The notes under the pieces were generated by a model. It had not been told where the DNA came from. It did no database searches and saw only the letters and a list, made by a program, of their open reading frames with translations. A program made the position numbers and the translations under genes. Of a stretch of 64,000 nucleotides of DNA, positions 13,100 to 25,400 are shown in pieces. The stretch lies in the NCBI RefSeq assembly GCF_009914755.1, contig NC_060933.1; one strand, 5' to 3'. How positions within the stretch are numbered: position 1 is the stretch's first letter; each line of letters starts with the position of its first letter. The DNA is from the human T2T-CHM13v2.0 reference genome, Homo sapiens.

Positions 13100-15700
13100 C
13101 CATTCTATTCCGTTCCATTCCATTCCATTACATTCGGATTGATTCTATTCAATTCCCTTACACTCCATTACATTCCATTCCATTCGGGTAGTTTCCATTC
13201 CATTCCATTCCATTCCTCTCCATTGCATTGCAATCGGGTTGATTCCATTCCATTGCATTCCATTCCATTCCATTCAATTCCATTCCGTTCCATTCCATTC
13301 CATTACATTCGGATTGATTCTATTCAACTCCCTTACTCTCCATTACATTCCATTCCATTCGGGTTGTTCCATTCCATTCCATTCCATTCCACTCCATTCC
13401 ATTGCACTCGGGTTGATTCCATTCCATTCCATTCCATTCCATTCCATTCCATTCCGGAAGATTCCATTCCATTGCATTCCAATCCATTCCATTCCATTGC
13501 ACTCGCGTTGATTCCATTCCATTCCATTCCATTCCATTCCATTCCATTCCTTTCCGTTCCATTCCATTCCATTCCATTCCAATCCATTCCATTCCGTTCC
13601 GTTCCGTTCCATTCCATTCCATTCCATTCTATTCGGGTTAATTCCATTCGATTCCTTTCGATTGCAATCGAGTTGATTCCATTCCATTCTATTCCATTCC
13701 ATTCCATTCCATTCCATTCCTTTCCATTCTATTCCATTACGGATGATTCCATTCCATTGCATTCCATTCCATTCCATTCCCCTGTACTCGGGTTGATTCC
13801 ATTCCATTCCATTCCAATCCATGCCATTCCACTCGTGTTGATTCCATTCTTTCCATTCCATTGAAGTTGAATCCATTCCATTGCATTCCATTCCATTCCA
13901 TTCCCCTGCAGTCGGGTTGATTCCATTCCATTCCATTCCATTCCATTCCATTCCATTCCATTCCGTTCCGTTCCATTCCATTCCATTCCATTCTATTCGG
14001 GTTAATTCCATTCCATTCCATTCCAATCGAGTTGATTCCATTCCATTCCTTTCCATTCCATTCCACTCCATTCCAGTCCTTTCCATTCCATTCCACTCGG
14101 GTTGATTCCAATGTATTCCTTTCCATTCCATTCCATTCCATTGCAATCGAGTTGATTCCATTGCTTTGCATTCCATTCCATTCCATTCCATTCCGGATGA
14201 TTCCATTCCATTGCATTCCATTCCATTCCATTCCCCTGCACTCGGGTTGATTCCATTTCATTCCAGTCCATTCCGCTCCATTCCATTCCATTCCAATGTA
14301 TTCGGGTTAATTCCATTCCATTCCATTCCATTCCATTCCATTCCATTACAATCGAGTTGATTCCATTCCATTCCATTCCATTCCAGTCCTTTCCATTCCA
14401 TTCCACTCGGGTTGATTCCATTCTATTAGTTTCCATTCCATTCCATTCCCTTCCATTCCACTCTGGTTGATACCATTCCTTTCCATTCCACTCGTATACA
14501 TTCCCTCCTATTCCACTCGGAACGATTCCATTCCATTCCATTCCATTCCATTCCATTCCATTCCATTCCATTTCGTTCCATTCCATTCTATTCCGTATCA
14601 TTCCATTCCATTCCATTCGATTCCATTCCATTCCATTCCATTCCATTCCATTCCATTCCATTCCCTTTTACTCGGGTTGATTCAATTCCATTGCATTCCA
14701 TTCCATTCCATTCCATTCCATTCCATTCCATTCCGTTGCATTCCATTCCATTACATTCGGATTGATTCTATTCAACTCCCTTACTCTCCTTTACATTCCA
14801 TTGCACTCGGGTTGATTCCATTCCATTCTATTACATTCCATTCCATTCCACTCCATTCCGGATGATTCCATTCCATTGCATTCCGTTCCATTACATTCCC
14901 TTGCACTCGCGTTGATTCCATTCCATTCCATTCCATTCCATTCAATTCCATTCCATTACAATTCGTTCCATTCCATTCTATTCCGTACCATTCCATTCCA
15001 TTCCATACCATTCCATTCCATTCCATTCCATTCCATTCCGTTCCATTCCGTTCCATTCCGTTCCATTCCATTCCATTCCATTCTATTCGGATTAATTCCA
15101 TTCCATTCCATTCTATTCCATTCCATTGCAATCGAGTTGAATCCATTGCATTTCATTCCATTCCATTTCATTCCATTCCATTCCGGAAGTTTCCATTCCA
15201 TTACATTCCATTCCATTCCATTCCCCTACAGTCGCGTTGATTCCATTCCATTCCATTCCATTCCATTCCATTCCATTCCGTTCCGTTCCATTCCATTCCA
15301 TTTCATTCCGTTCCGTTCCATTCTATTCCATTCCATTCCATTCTATTCGGGTTAATTCCATTCCATTCCATTCGATTGTAATCGAGTTGATTCCATTCCA
15401 TTCCATTCCATTCCATTCCATTCCATTCCATTCCTTTCCATTCCATTACGGATGATTCCATTCCATTGCATTCCATTGCATTCCATTCCCCTGTACTCGG
15501 GTTGATTCCATTCCATTCCATTCCAATCCATGCCATTCCACTCGTGTTGATTCCATTCTTTCCATTCCATTCAAGTTGAATCCATTCCATTGCATTCCAT
15601 TCCATTCGATTCCATTCGATTGCACTCGGGTTGATTCAATTCCATTGCATTCCATTCCATTCCATTCCATTCCATTCCATTCCATTCCATTCCGTTGCAT
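13100..15700 (+). repeat. ~2.3-2.6-kb block present three times (also ~34200-36800 and ~56750-59000; partial copy ~48000-49200)
   Basis: Shared diagnostic variants in the same order: GCATTGCAATCGGG (13231/34314/56871), CCGCTCC (14273/35376/57908), CCAATGTATT(C/T)GGG, GTTGATACC, a shortened K module, CCCTACAGTCGCG (~15224/36358/48689/58829) and CGATTGTAATCG. Confidence 0.85.
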
Positions 15701-18700
15701 TCCATTCCATTCCATTCGGATTGATTCTATTCAACTCCCTTACTCTCCATTACATTCCATTCCATTCGGGTTGTTCCATTCCATTCCATTCCATTCCACT
15801 CCATTCCATTGCACTCGGGTTGATTCCATTCCATTCCATTCCATTCCATTCCATTCCATTCCGTTCCGTTCCATTCCATTCCATTCCATTCCATTCCATT
15901 CCATTCCTTTCCGTTCCATTCCATTCCATTCCATTCCATTCCAGTCCATTCCATTCCGTTCCGTTCCGTTCCATTCCATTCCATTCCATTCTATTCGGGT
16001 TAATTCCATTCCATTCCATTCGATTGCAATCGAGTTGATTCCATTCCATTCCATTCCATTCCATTCCATTCCATTCCTTTCCATTCCATTACGGATGATT
16101 CCATTCCATTGCATTCCATTCCATTCCATTCCCCTGTACTCGGGTTGATTCCATTCCATTCCATTCCAATCCATGCCATTCCACTCGTGTTGATTCCATT
16201 CTTTCCATTCCATTCAAGTTGATTCCATTCCATTGCATTCCATTCCATTCCATTCCCCTGCAGTCGGGTTGTTTCCATTCCATTCCATTCCATTCCATTC
16301 CATTCCGTTCCGTTCCGTTCCGTTCCATTCCATTCCATTCCATTCTATTCGGGTTAATTCCATTCCATTCCATTCCATTCCATTCGAGTTGATTCCATTC
16401 CATTCCATTCCATTCCATTCCACTCCATTCCAGTCGTTTCCATTCCATTCCACTCGGGTTGATTCCAATGTATTCCTTTCCATTCCATTCCATTCCATTG
16501 CAATGGAGTTGATTCCATTGCTTTGCATTCCATTGCATTCCATTCCATTCCGGATGATTCCATTCCATTGCATTCCATTCCTTTCCATTCCCCTGCACTC
16601 GGGTTGATTCCATTCCATTCCACTCCATTCCGTTCCATTCCATTCCATTGCATTGTATTCGGGTTAATTCCATTCCATTCCATTCCTTTCCATTCCATTC
16701 CATTACAATCTAGTTTATTCCATTCCATTCCATTCCATTCCAGTCCTTTCCATTCCATTCCTCTCGGGTTGATTCCATTCTATTAGTTTACATTCCATTC
16801 CATTCCCTTCCATTCTACTCTGATTGATTCCATTCCTTTCCATTCCACTCGAATACATTCCCTCCTATTCCACTCAGAACGATTCCATTCCATTCCATTC
16901 CATTCCATTTCGTTCCATTCCATTCTATTCCGTATCATTCCATTCCATTCCATTCGATTCCATTCCATTCCATTCCATTCCATTCCATTCCATTGTACTC
17001 AGTTTGATTCAATTCCATTGCATTCCATTCCATTCCATTCCATTCCATTCCATTCCATTCCATTCCGTTGCATTCCATTCCATTACATTCGGATTGATTC
17101 TATTCAACTCCCTTACTCTCCATTACATTCCATTCCATTCGGGTTGTTCCATTCCATTCCATTCCATTCCACTCCATTCCATTGCACTCGGGTTGATTCC
17201 ATTCCATTCCATTCCATTCCATTCCATTCCATTCCATTCCGTTCCGGATGATTCCATTCCATTGCATTCCGTTCCATTACATTCCCCTGCACTCGGGTTT
17301 ATTCCATTCCATTGCATTCCATTCCATTCCATTCCATTCCATTCCATTCCATTCCATTCCATTCCGTTCCATTCCATTACATTCGGATTGATTCTATTCA
17401 ACTCCCTTACTCTCCATTACATTCCATTCCATTCGTGTTGTTCCATTCCATTCCATTCCATTCCACTCCATTCCATTGCGCTCGGGTTGATTCCATTCCA
17501 TTCCATTCCATTCCATTCCATTCCATTCCATTCCATTCCATTCCGGATGATTCCATTCCATTGCATTCCGTTCCATTACATTCCCCTGCACTCGGGTTGA
17601 TTCCATTCCATTCCATTCCATTCCATTCGATTCCATTCCATTCCAATTCTTTCCATTCCATTCTATTCCGTACCATTCCATTCCATTCCATACAATTCCA
17701 TTCCATTCCATTCCACTCTGTTCCGTTCCGTTCCGTTCTGTTCCGTTCCATTCCATTCCATTCCATTCTCTTTGGTTTAATTCCATTCCATTCCATTCCA
17801 TTCCATTCCATTCCATTCCATTCTATTCCATTCCATTGCAATCGAGTTGAATCCATTGCATTCCATTCCATTCCATTCCATTCCATTCCATTCAATTCCG
17901 GAAGATTCCATTCCATTGCATTCCATTCCATTCCATTGCATTCCATTCCATTCCATTCCATTCCATTCCATTCCATTCCATTCCATTCCATTGTACTCGG
18001 GTTGATTCCATTCCATTGCTTTCCATTCCATTCCATTTCATTCCATTCCATTGCGTTCCATTCCATTCCATTACATTCGGATTGATACTTTTCAACTCCC
18101 TTACTCTCCATTACATTCCATTGCATTCGGGTTGTTCCATTCCATTCCTTTCCATTGCACTTCATTCAATTGCACTCTGGTTGATTCCATTCCATTCCAT
18201 TCCATTCCATTCCAGATGATTCCATTCCATTGCATTCCGTTCCATTACGTTCCCCTGCACTCGGGTTGATTCCATTCCATTACTTTCCATTCCATTCGAT
18301 TCCATTCCATTCCCCTGCACTCGCGTTGATTCCATTGCATTCCATTCCGTTCCATTCCATTCCATTCCATTCCTTTCCGTTCCATTCCATTCCATTCCAT
18401 TCCATTCCATTCCGTTCCATTCCATTCCATTCCATTCCTTTCCGTTCCATTCCATTCCATTCCATTCCATTCCATTCCATTCCATTCCATTCCACTCCGT
18501 TCCATTCCATTCAATTCCATTCTATTCCGGTTAATTCCATTCCATTCCATTCCATTCCATTCCATTCCATTCCATTCCATTGCAATCGAGTTGATTCCAT
18601 TCCATTCCTTTCCAATCCATTCCATTGCCTTGCATTCCATTCGGGTTGATTCCATTCCCTTCTTTCCACTCCATTACATTCCCTTCCATTCCACTCGGAA

Positions 18701-19599
18701 TGATTGATTCCATTCCATTCCATTCCATTTCATTCCATTGCAATCCATTCCAATCCATTCCATTCCATTCCATTCCAATCGAGTTGACTTCATTCCATTC
18801 CTTTCCATTCCATTCCATTCCTTTCCACTCGAGTTGATTCCATTCCATTCCAATCCATTGCAATCCATTCCATGCCATTCCACTCGGGTTGATTCCATTC
18901 CTTTCCATTCCATTCCATTCCTTTCCATTCCATTCCATTCCATTCCATTCCATTCCTTTACATTACATTACGGATGATTCCATTCCATTGCATTCCTTTC
19001 CATTCCATTCCCCTGTACTCGGGTTGATTCGATTCCATTCCATTCCATTCCATGCCATTCCACTCGTGTTGATTCCATTCTTTCCATTCCATTGAAGTTG
19101 AATCCATTGCATTGCATTCCATTCCATTCGATTCCATTCGATTGCACTCGGGTTGATTCCATTCCATTGCATTCCATTCCATTCCAATCCATTCTGTTCC
19201 ATTCCATTCCATTACATTCGGATTGATTCTATTCAATTCCCTTACACTCCATTACATTCCATTCCATTCGGGTAGTTTCCATTCCATTCCATTCCATGCC
19301 TCTCCATTCCATTGCACTCGGGTTGATTCCATTCCATTCCATTCCATTCCATTCCATTCCATTCCATTCCATTACGGATGATTCCATTCCATTGCATTAC
19401 ATTCCATTCCATTCCCCTGTACTCGGGCTGATTCCATTCCATTCCATTCCATACCATTCCATTCCATTCCATTCCATTCCATTCCGTTCCATTCCGTTCC
19501 ATTCCATTCCATTCCATTCTATTCGTGTTAATTCCATTCCATTCTATTCCATTCCAGTCCATTGAAATCGAGTTGATTCCATTCCATTCCATTCCATTC

Positions 19600-21800
19600 C
19601 ATTCAATTCCATTCCATTACAATTCGTTCCATTCCATTCTATTCCGTACCATTCCATTCCATTACATACCATTCCATTCCATTCCATTCCATTCCATTCC
19701 GTTCCATTCCGTTCCATTCCATTCCATTCCATTCTATTCGGGTTAATTCCATTCCATTCCATTCCGTTCCATTCCATTCCATTGCATTCCATTCCGTTCC
19801 ATTCCGTTCCATTCCATTCCATTCGGGTTAATTCCATTCCATTGCATTCCATTCCATTCCATTCCATTCTATTCCATTCCATTGCAATCGAGTTGAATCC
19901 ATTGCATTTCATTCCATTCCATTCCATTCCACTCCATTCCAGAAGATTCCATTCCATTGCATTCCATTCCATTCCATTCCCCTGCACTCGCGTTGATTCC
20001 ATTCCATTCCATTCCATTCCATTCCATTCCATTCCATTCCGTTCCGTTCCGTTCCGTTCCATTCCATTCCATTCCATTCCATTCCGTTCCATTCCATTCC
20101 ATTCCATTCCATTCTATTCGGGTTAATTCCATTCCATTCCATTCTATTGCAATCGAGTTGATTCCATTCCATTCCATTCCATTCCATTCCATTCCATTCC
20201 ATTCCTTTCCATTACATTACGGATGATTCCATTCCATTCCATTCCATTCCATTCCTTTCCCCTGTACTCGGGTTGATTCCATTCCATTCCATTCCAATCC
20301 ATGCCATTCCACTCGTGTTGATTCCATTCTTTCCATTCCATTCAAGACGAATCCATTCCATTGCATTCCATTCCATTCGATTCCATTCGTTTGCACTCGT
20401 GTTGATTCCATGGCATTGCATTCCATTCCATTCCATTCCATTCCATTCCATTCCATTCCATTCCTTTCCATTCCATTCCATTCCATTCGGATTCATTCTA
20501 TTCAATTCCCTTACACTCCATTACATTACATTCCATTCGGGTTGTTCCATTCCATTCCATTCCATTCCACTCCATTCCATTGCACTCGGGTTGATTCCAT
20601 TCCATTCCTTTCCATTCCATTCCATTCCATTCCGGATGATTCCATTCCATTGCATTCCGTTCCATTCCATTCCCCTGCACTCGCGTTGATTCCATTCCAT
20701 TCCATTCCATTCCATTCAATTCCATTCCATTACAATTCGTTCCATTCCATTCTATTCCGTACCATTCCATTCAATTCCATACCATTCCATTCCATTCCAT
20801 TCCATTCAGTTCCATTCCGTTCCATTCCATTCCATTCCATTCTATTCGGGTTAATTCCATTCCATTCCATTCCATTCCATTCCATTCTATTCCATTCCAT
20901 TGCAGTCGAGTTGAATCCATTGCATTTCATTCCATTCCATTCCATTCCATTCCATTCCGGAAGATTCCATTCCATTGCATTCCATTCCATTCCATTCCAT
21001 TCCATTCCATTCCGTTCCATTCCATTACATTCGGATTGATTCTATTCAATTCCCTTACACTGCATTCCACTCCATTGCATTCGGGTAGTTTCCATTCCAT
21101 TCCATTCCATTCCTCTCCATTCCATTGCACTCGGGTTGATTCCATTCCATTGCATTCCATTCCATTCCATTCAATTCCATTCCGTTCCATTCCATTCCAT
21201 TACATTCGGATTGATTATATTCAACTCCCTTACGCTCCATTACATTCCATTCCATTCGGGTTGTTCCATTCCATTCCACTCCATTCCATTGCACTCGGGT
21301 TGATTCCGTTCCATTCCATTCCATTCCTTTCCATTCCATTCCGGAAGATTCCACTCCATTGCATTCCATTCCATTCCATTCCCCTGCACTCACGTTGATT
21401 CCATTCCATTCCACTCCATTCCATTCCATTCCATTCTTTTCGGTTCCATTCCATTCCATTCCATTCCATTCCGTTCCGTTCCATTCCATTCCATTCCATT
21501 CTATTCGGGTTAATTCCATTCCATTCCATTCGATTGCAATCGAGTTGATTCCATTCCATTCCATTCCATTCCATTCCATTCCATTCCTTTCTATTCCATT
21601 ATGGATGATTCCATTCCATTGCATTCCATTCCATTCCATTCCCCTGTACTCGGGTTGATTCCATTCCCTTCCATTCCAATCCATGCCATTCCACTCGTGT
21701 TGATTCCATTCTTTCCATTCCATTCAAGTTGAATCTATTCCATTGCATTCCATTCCATTCCATTCCCCTGAAGTCGGGTTGATTTCATTCCATTCCATTC
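19600..21800 (+). repeat. ~2.2-kb block duplicated ~7.02 kb downstream (~26600-28820)
   Basis: TGCAGTCGAG 20901/27915, TACGCTCC 21231/28250, CTCACGTTG 21389/28408. ORF-track twins 21036..21398 and 28055..28417 have offset 7019. Confidence 0.88.
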
Positions 21801-22299
21801 CATTCCATTCCATTCCATTCCGTTCCGTTCCATTCCATTCCATTCCATTCTATTCGGGTTAATTCCATTCCATTCTATTCCATTCCATTCCATTCCAATC
21901 CATTCAGTTCCATTCCATTCCATTCCATTCCATTCTATTCGGGTTAATTCCATTCCATTCCATTCCATTCCATACCATTCCATTCCATTCCATTCCATTC
22001 CATTCCATTCCGTTCCATTCCGTTCCATTCCATTCCATTCCATTCTATTCGTGTTAATTCCATTCCATTCTATTCCATTCCAGTCCATTGAAATCGAGTT
22101 GATTCCATTCCATTCCATTGCATTCCATTCCATTCCGGATGATTCCATTCCATTGCATTCCATTCCATTCCATTCCCCTGTACTCGGGTTGATTCCATTC
22201 CCTTCCATTCCAATCCATGCCATTCCACTCGTGTTGATTCCATTCTTTCCATTCCATTCAAGTTGAATCTATTCCATTGCATTCCATTCCATTCCATTC

Positions 22300-25200
22300 C
22301 CCTGAAGTCGGGTTGATTCCATTCCATTCCATTCCATTCCATTCCATTCCATTCCATTCCATTCCGTTCCGTTCCATTCCATTCCATTCCATTCTATTCG
22401 GGTTAATTCCATTCCATTCTATTCCATTCCATTCCATTCCAATCCATTCAGTTCCATTCCATTCCATTCCATTCCATTCTATTCGGGTTAATTCCATTCC
22501 ATTCCATTCCATTCCATACCATTCCATTCCATTCCATTCCATTCCATTCCATTTCGTTCCATTCCGTTCCATTCCATTCCATTCCATTTTATTCGTGTTA
22601 ATTCCATTCCATTCTATTCCATTCCAGTCCATTGAAATCGAGTTGATTCCATTCCATTCCATTGCATTCCATTCCATTCCGGATGATTCCATTCCATTGC
22701 ATTCCATTCCATTCCATTCCCCTGCACTCGGATGGATTCCATTCCATTCCATTACATTACATTACGTTCCATTCCGTTCCATTCTATTGTATTCGTGTTA
22801 ATTCCATTCCATTCCATTCCACTCCATTCCATTCCATTCTATTCGGGTTAATTCCATTCCATAACATTCCATTCCATTCCATTCCATTCCAATCGAGTTG
22901 ATTCCATTCCATTCCATTCCATTTCACTCAATTCCAGTCCTTTCCATTCCATTCCACTCGGGTTGATTCCATTCTATTCCTTTCCATTCCATTCCATTCC
23001 ATTGCAATCGAGTTGATTCCATTGCTTTGCATTCCATTCCATTCCATTCCATTCCGGATGATTCCTTTCCATTGCATTCCATTCCATTCCATTCCCCTGC
23101 ATTCGGGTTGATTCCATTCCATTCCACTCCATTCCATTGCATTCCATTCCATTCCATTGTATTCGGGTTGATTCCATTGCATTCCTTTCCATTCCATTCC
23201 ATTCCATTCCATTCCATTACGATCGAGTTGATTCCATTCCATTCCATTCCATTCCAGTGCTTTCCATTCCATTCCACTCGGGTTGATTCCATTCTATTAG
23301 TTTCCATTCCATTCCATTCCCTTCCATTCCACTCTGGTTGATTCCATTCCTTTCCATTCCACTCGAATACATTCCCTCCTATTCCACTCGGAACGATTCC
23401 ATTCCATTCCATTCCATTCCATTCCATTCCATTCCATTCCATTTCGTTCCATTCCATTCTATTCCGTACCATTCCATTCCATTCCATTCCATTCCATTCC
23501 ATTCCACTCGTGTTGATTCCATTGCTTTCCACTCCATTCGGTTTGAAGGCATTCCATTCCATTCCATTCCATTCCATTCCATTCCATTGTACTCGGGTTG
23601 ATTCAATTCCATTGCATTCCATTCCATTCCATTCCGTTGCATTCCATTCCATTTCATTCGGATTGATTGTATTCAAATCCCTTACTCTTCATTACATTCC
23701 ATTCCATTCGGGTTGTTCCATTCCATTCCATTCCATTCCATTCCATTCCATACCATTCCATTCCATTCCATTCCATTCCATTCCATTCCATTCCGTTCCA
23801 TTCCATTCCATTCCATTCTATTCGGGTTAATTCCATTCCATTCCATTCCATTCCATTCTATTCCATTCCATTGCAATCGAGTTGAATCCATTGCATTTCA
23901 TTCCATTCCATTCCATTCCATTCCATTCCGGAAGATTCCATTCCATTGCATTCCATTCCATTCCATTCCCCTGAAGTCGGGTTGATTCCATTCCATTCCA
24001 TTCCATTCCATTCCATTCCGTTCCGTTCCGTTCCATTCCATTCCATTCCATTCTATTCGGGTTAATTCCATTCCATTCTATTCCATTCCATTCCATTCCA
24101 ATCCATTCAGTTCCATTCCATTCCATTCCATTCCATTCTATTCGGGTTAATTCCATTCCATTCCATTCCATTCCATACCATTCCATTCCATTCCATTCCA
24201 TTCCATTCCATTCCGTTCCATTCCGTTCCATTCCATTCCATTCCATTCTATTCGTGTTAATTCCATTCCATTCTATTCCATTCCAGTCCATTGAAATCGA
24301 GTTGATTCCATTCCATTCCATTGCATTCCATTCCATTCCGGATGATTCCATTCCATTGCATTCCATTCCATTCCATTCCCCTGCACTCGGATGGATTCCA
24401 TTCCATTCCATTACATTACATTACGTTCCATTCCGTTCCATTCTATTCTATTCGGGTTAATTCCATTCCATTCAATTCCACTCCGTTCCATTCCATTCTA
24501 TTCGGGTTAATTCCATTCCATAACATTCCATTCCATTCCATTCCATTCCAATCGAGTTGATTCCATTCCATTCCATTCCATTTCACTCAATTCCAGTCCT
24601 TTCCATTCCATTCCACTCGGGTTGATTCCATTCTATTCCTTTCCATTCCATTCCATTCCATTGCAATCGAGTTGATTCCATTGCTTTGCATTCCATTCCA
24701 TTCCATTCCATTCCGGATGATTCCTTTCCATTGCATTCCATTCCATTCCATTCCCCTGCACTCGGGTTGATTCCATTCCATTCCACTCCATTCCATTGCA
24801 TTGCATTCCATTCCATTGTATTCGGGTTGATTCCATTGCATTCCTTTCCATTCCATTCCATTCCATTCCATTCCATTACAATCGAGTTGATTCCATTGCA
24901 TTCCATTCCATTCCAGTGCTTTCCATTCCATTCCACTCGGGTTGATTCCATTCTATTAGTTTCCATTCCATTCCATTCCCTTCCATTCCACTCTGGTTGA
25001 TTCCATTCCTTTCCATTCCACTCGAATACATTCCCTCCTATTCCACTCGGAACGATTCCATTCCATTCCATTCCATTCCATTCCATTCCATTCCATTCCA
25101 TTTCATTCCATTCCATTCTATTCCGTACCATTCCATTCCATTCCATTCTATTCCATTCCATTGCACTCGTGTTGATTCCATTGCTTTCCATTCCATTCGG

Positions 25201-25400
25201 TTTGAAGGCATTCCATACCATTCCATTCCATTCCATTCCATTCCATTGTACTCGGGTTGATTCAATTCCATTGCATTCCATTCCATTCCATTCCGTTGCA
25301 TTCCATTCCATTTCATTCGGATTGATTGTATTCAAATCCCTTACTCTTCATTACATTCCATTCCATTCGGGTTGTTCCATTCCATTCCATTCCATTCCAT
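22300..25400 (+). repeat. Tandem duplication, unit 1659 bp
   Basis: CGGATGGATT 22729/24388, ATAACATT 22861/24520, TTTCACTCAATT 22922/24581, CGGTTTGAAGGC 23539/25198, all at offset 1659. ORF-track twins 22924..23676 and 24583..25335. Confidence 0.93.

Noticed and set aside
18600-18960. Possible transposon or unique-DNA insertion at the divergent island
   Set aside because: The segment is still pentamer-derived, with no target-site duplication, poly(A) tail, LTR or Alu/L1-like sequence.
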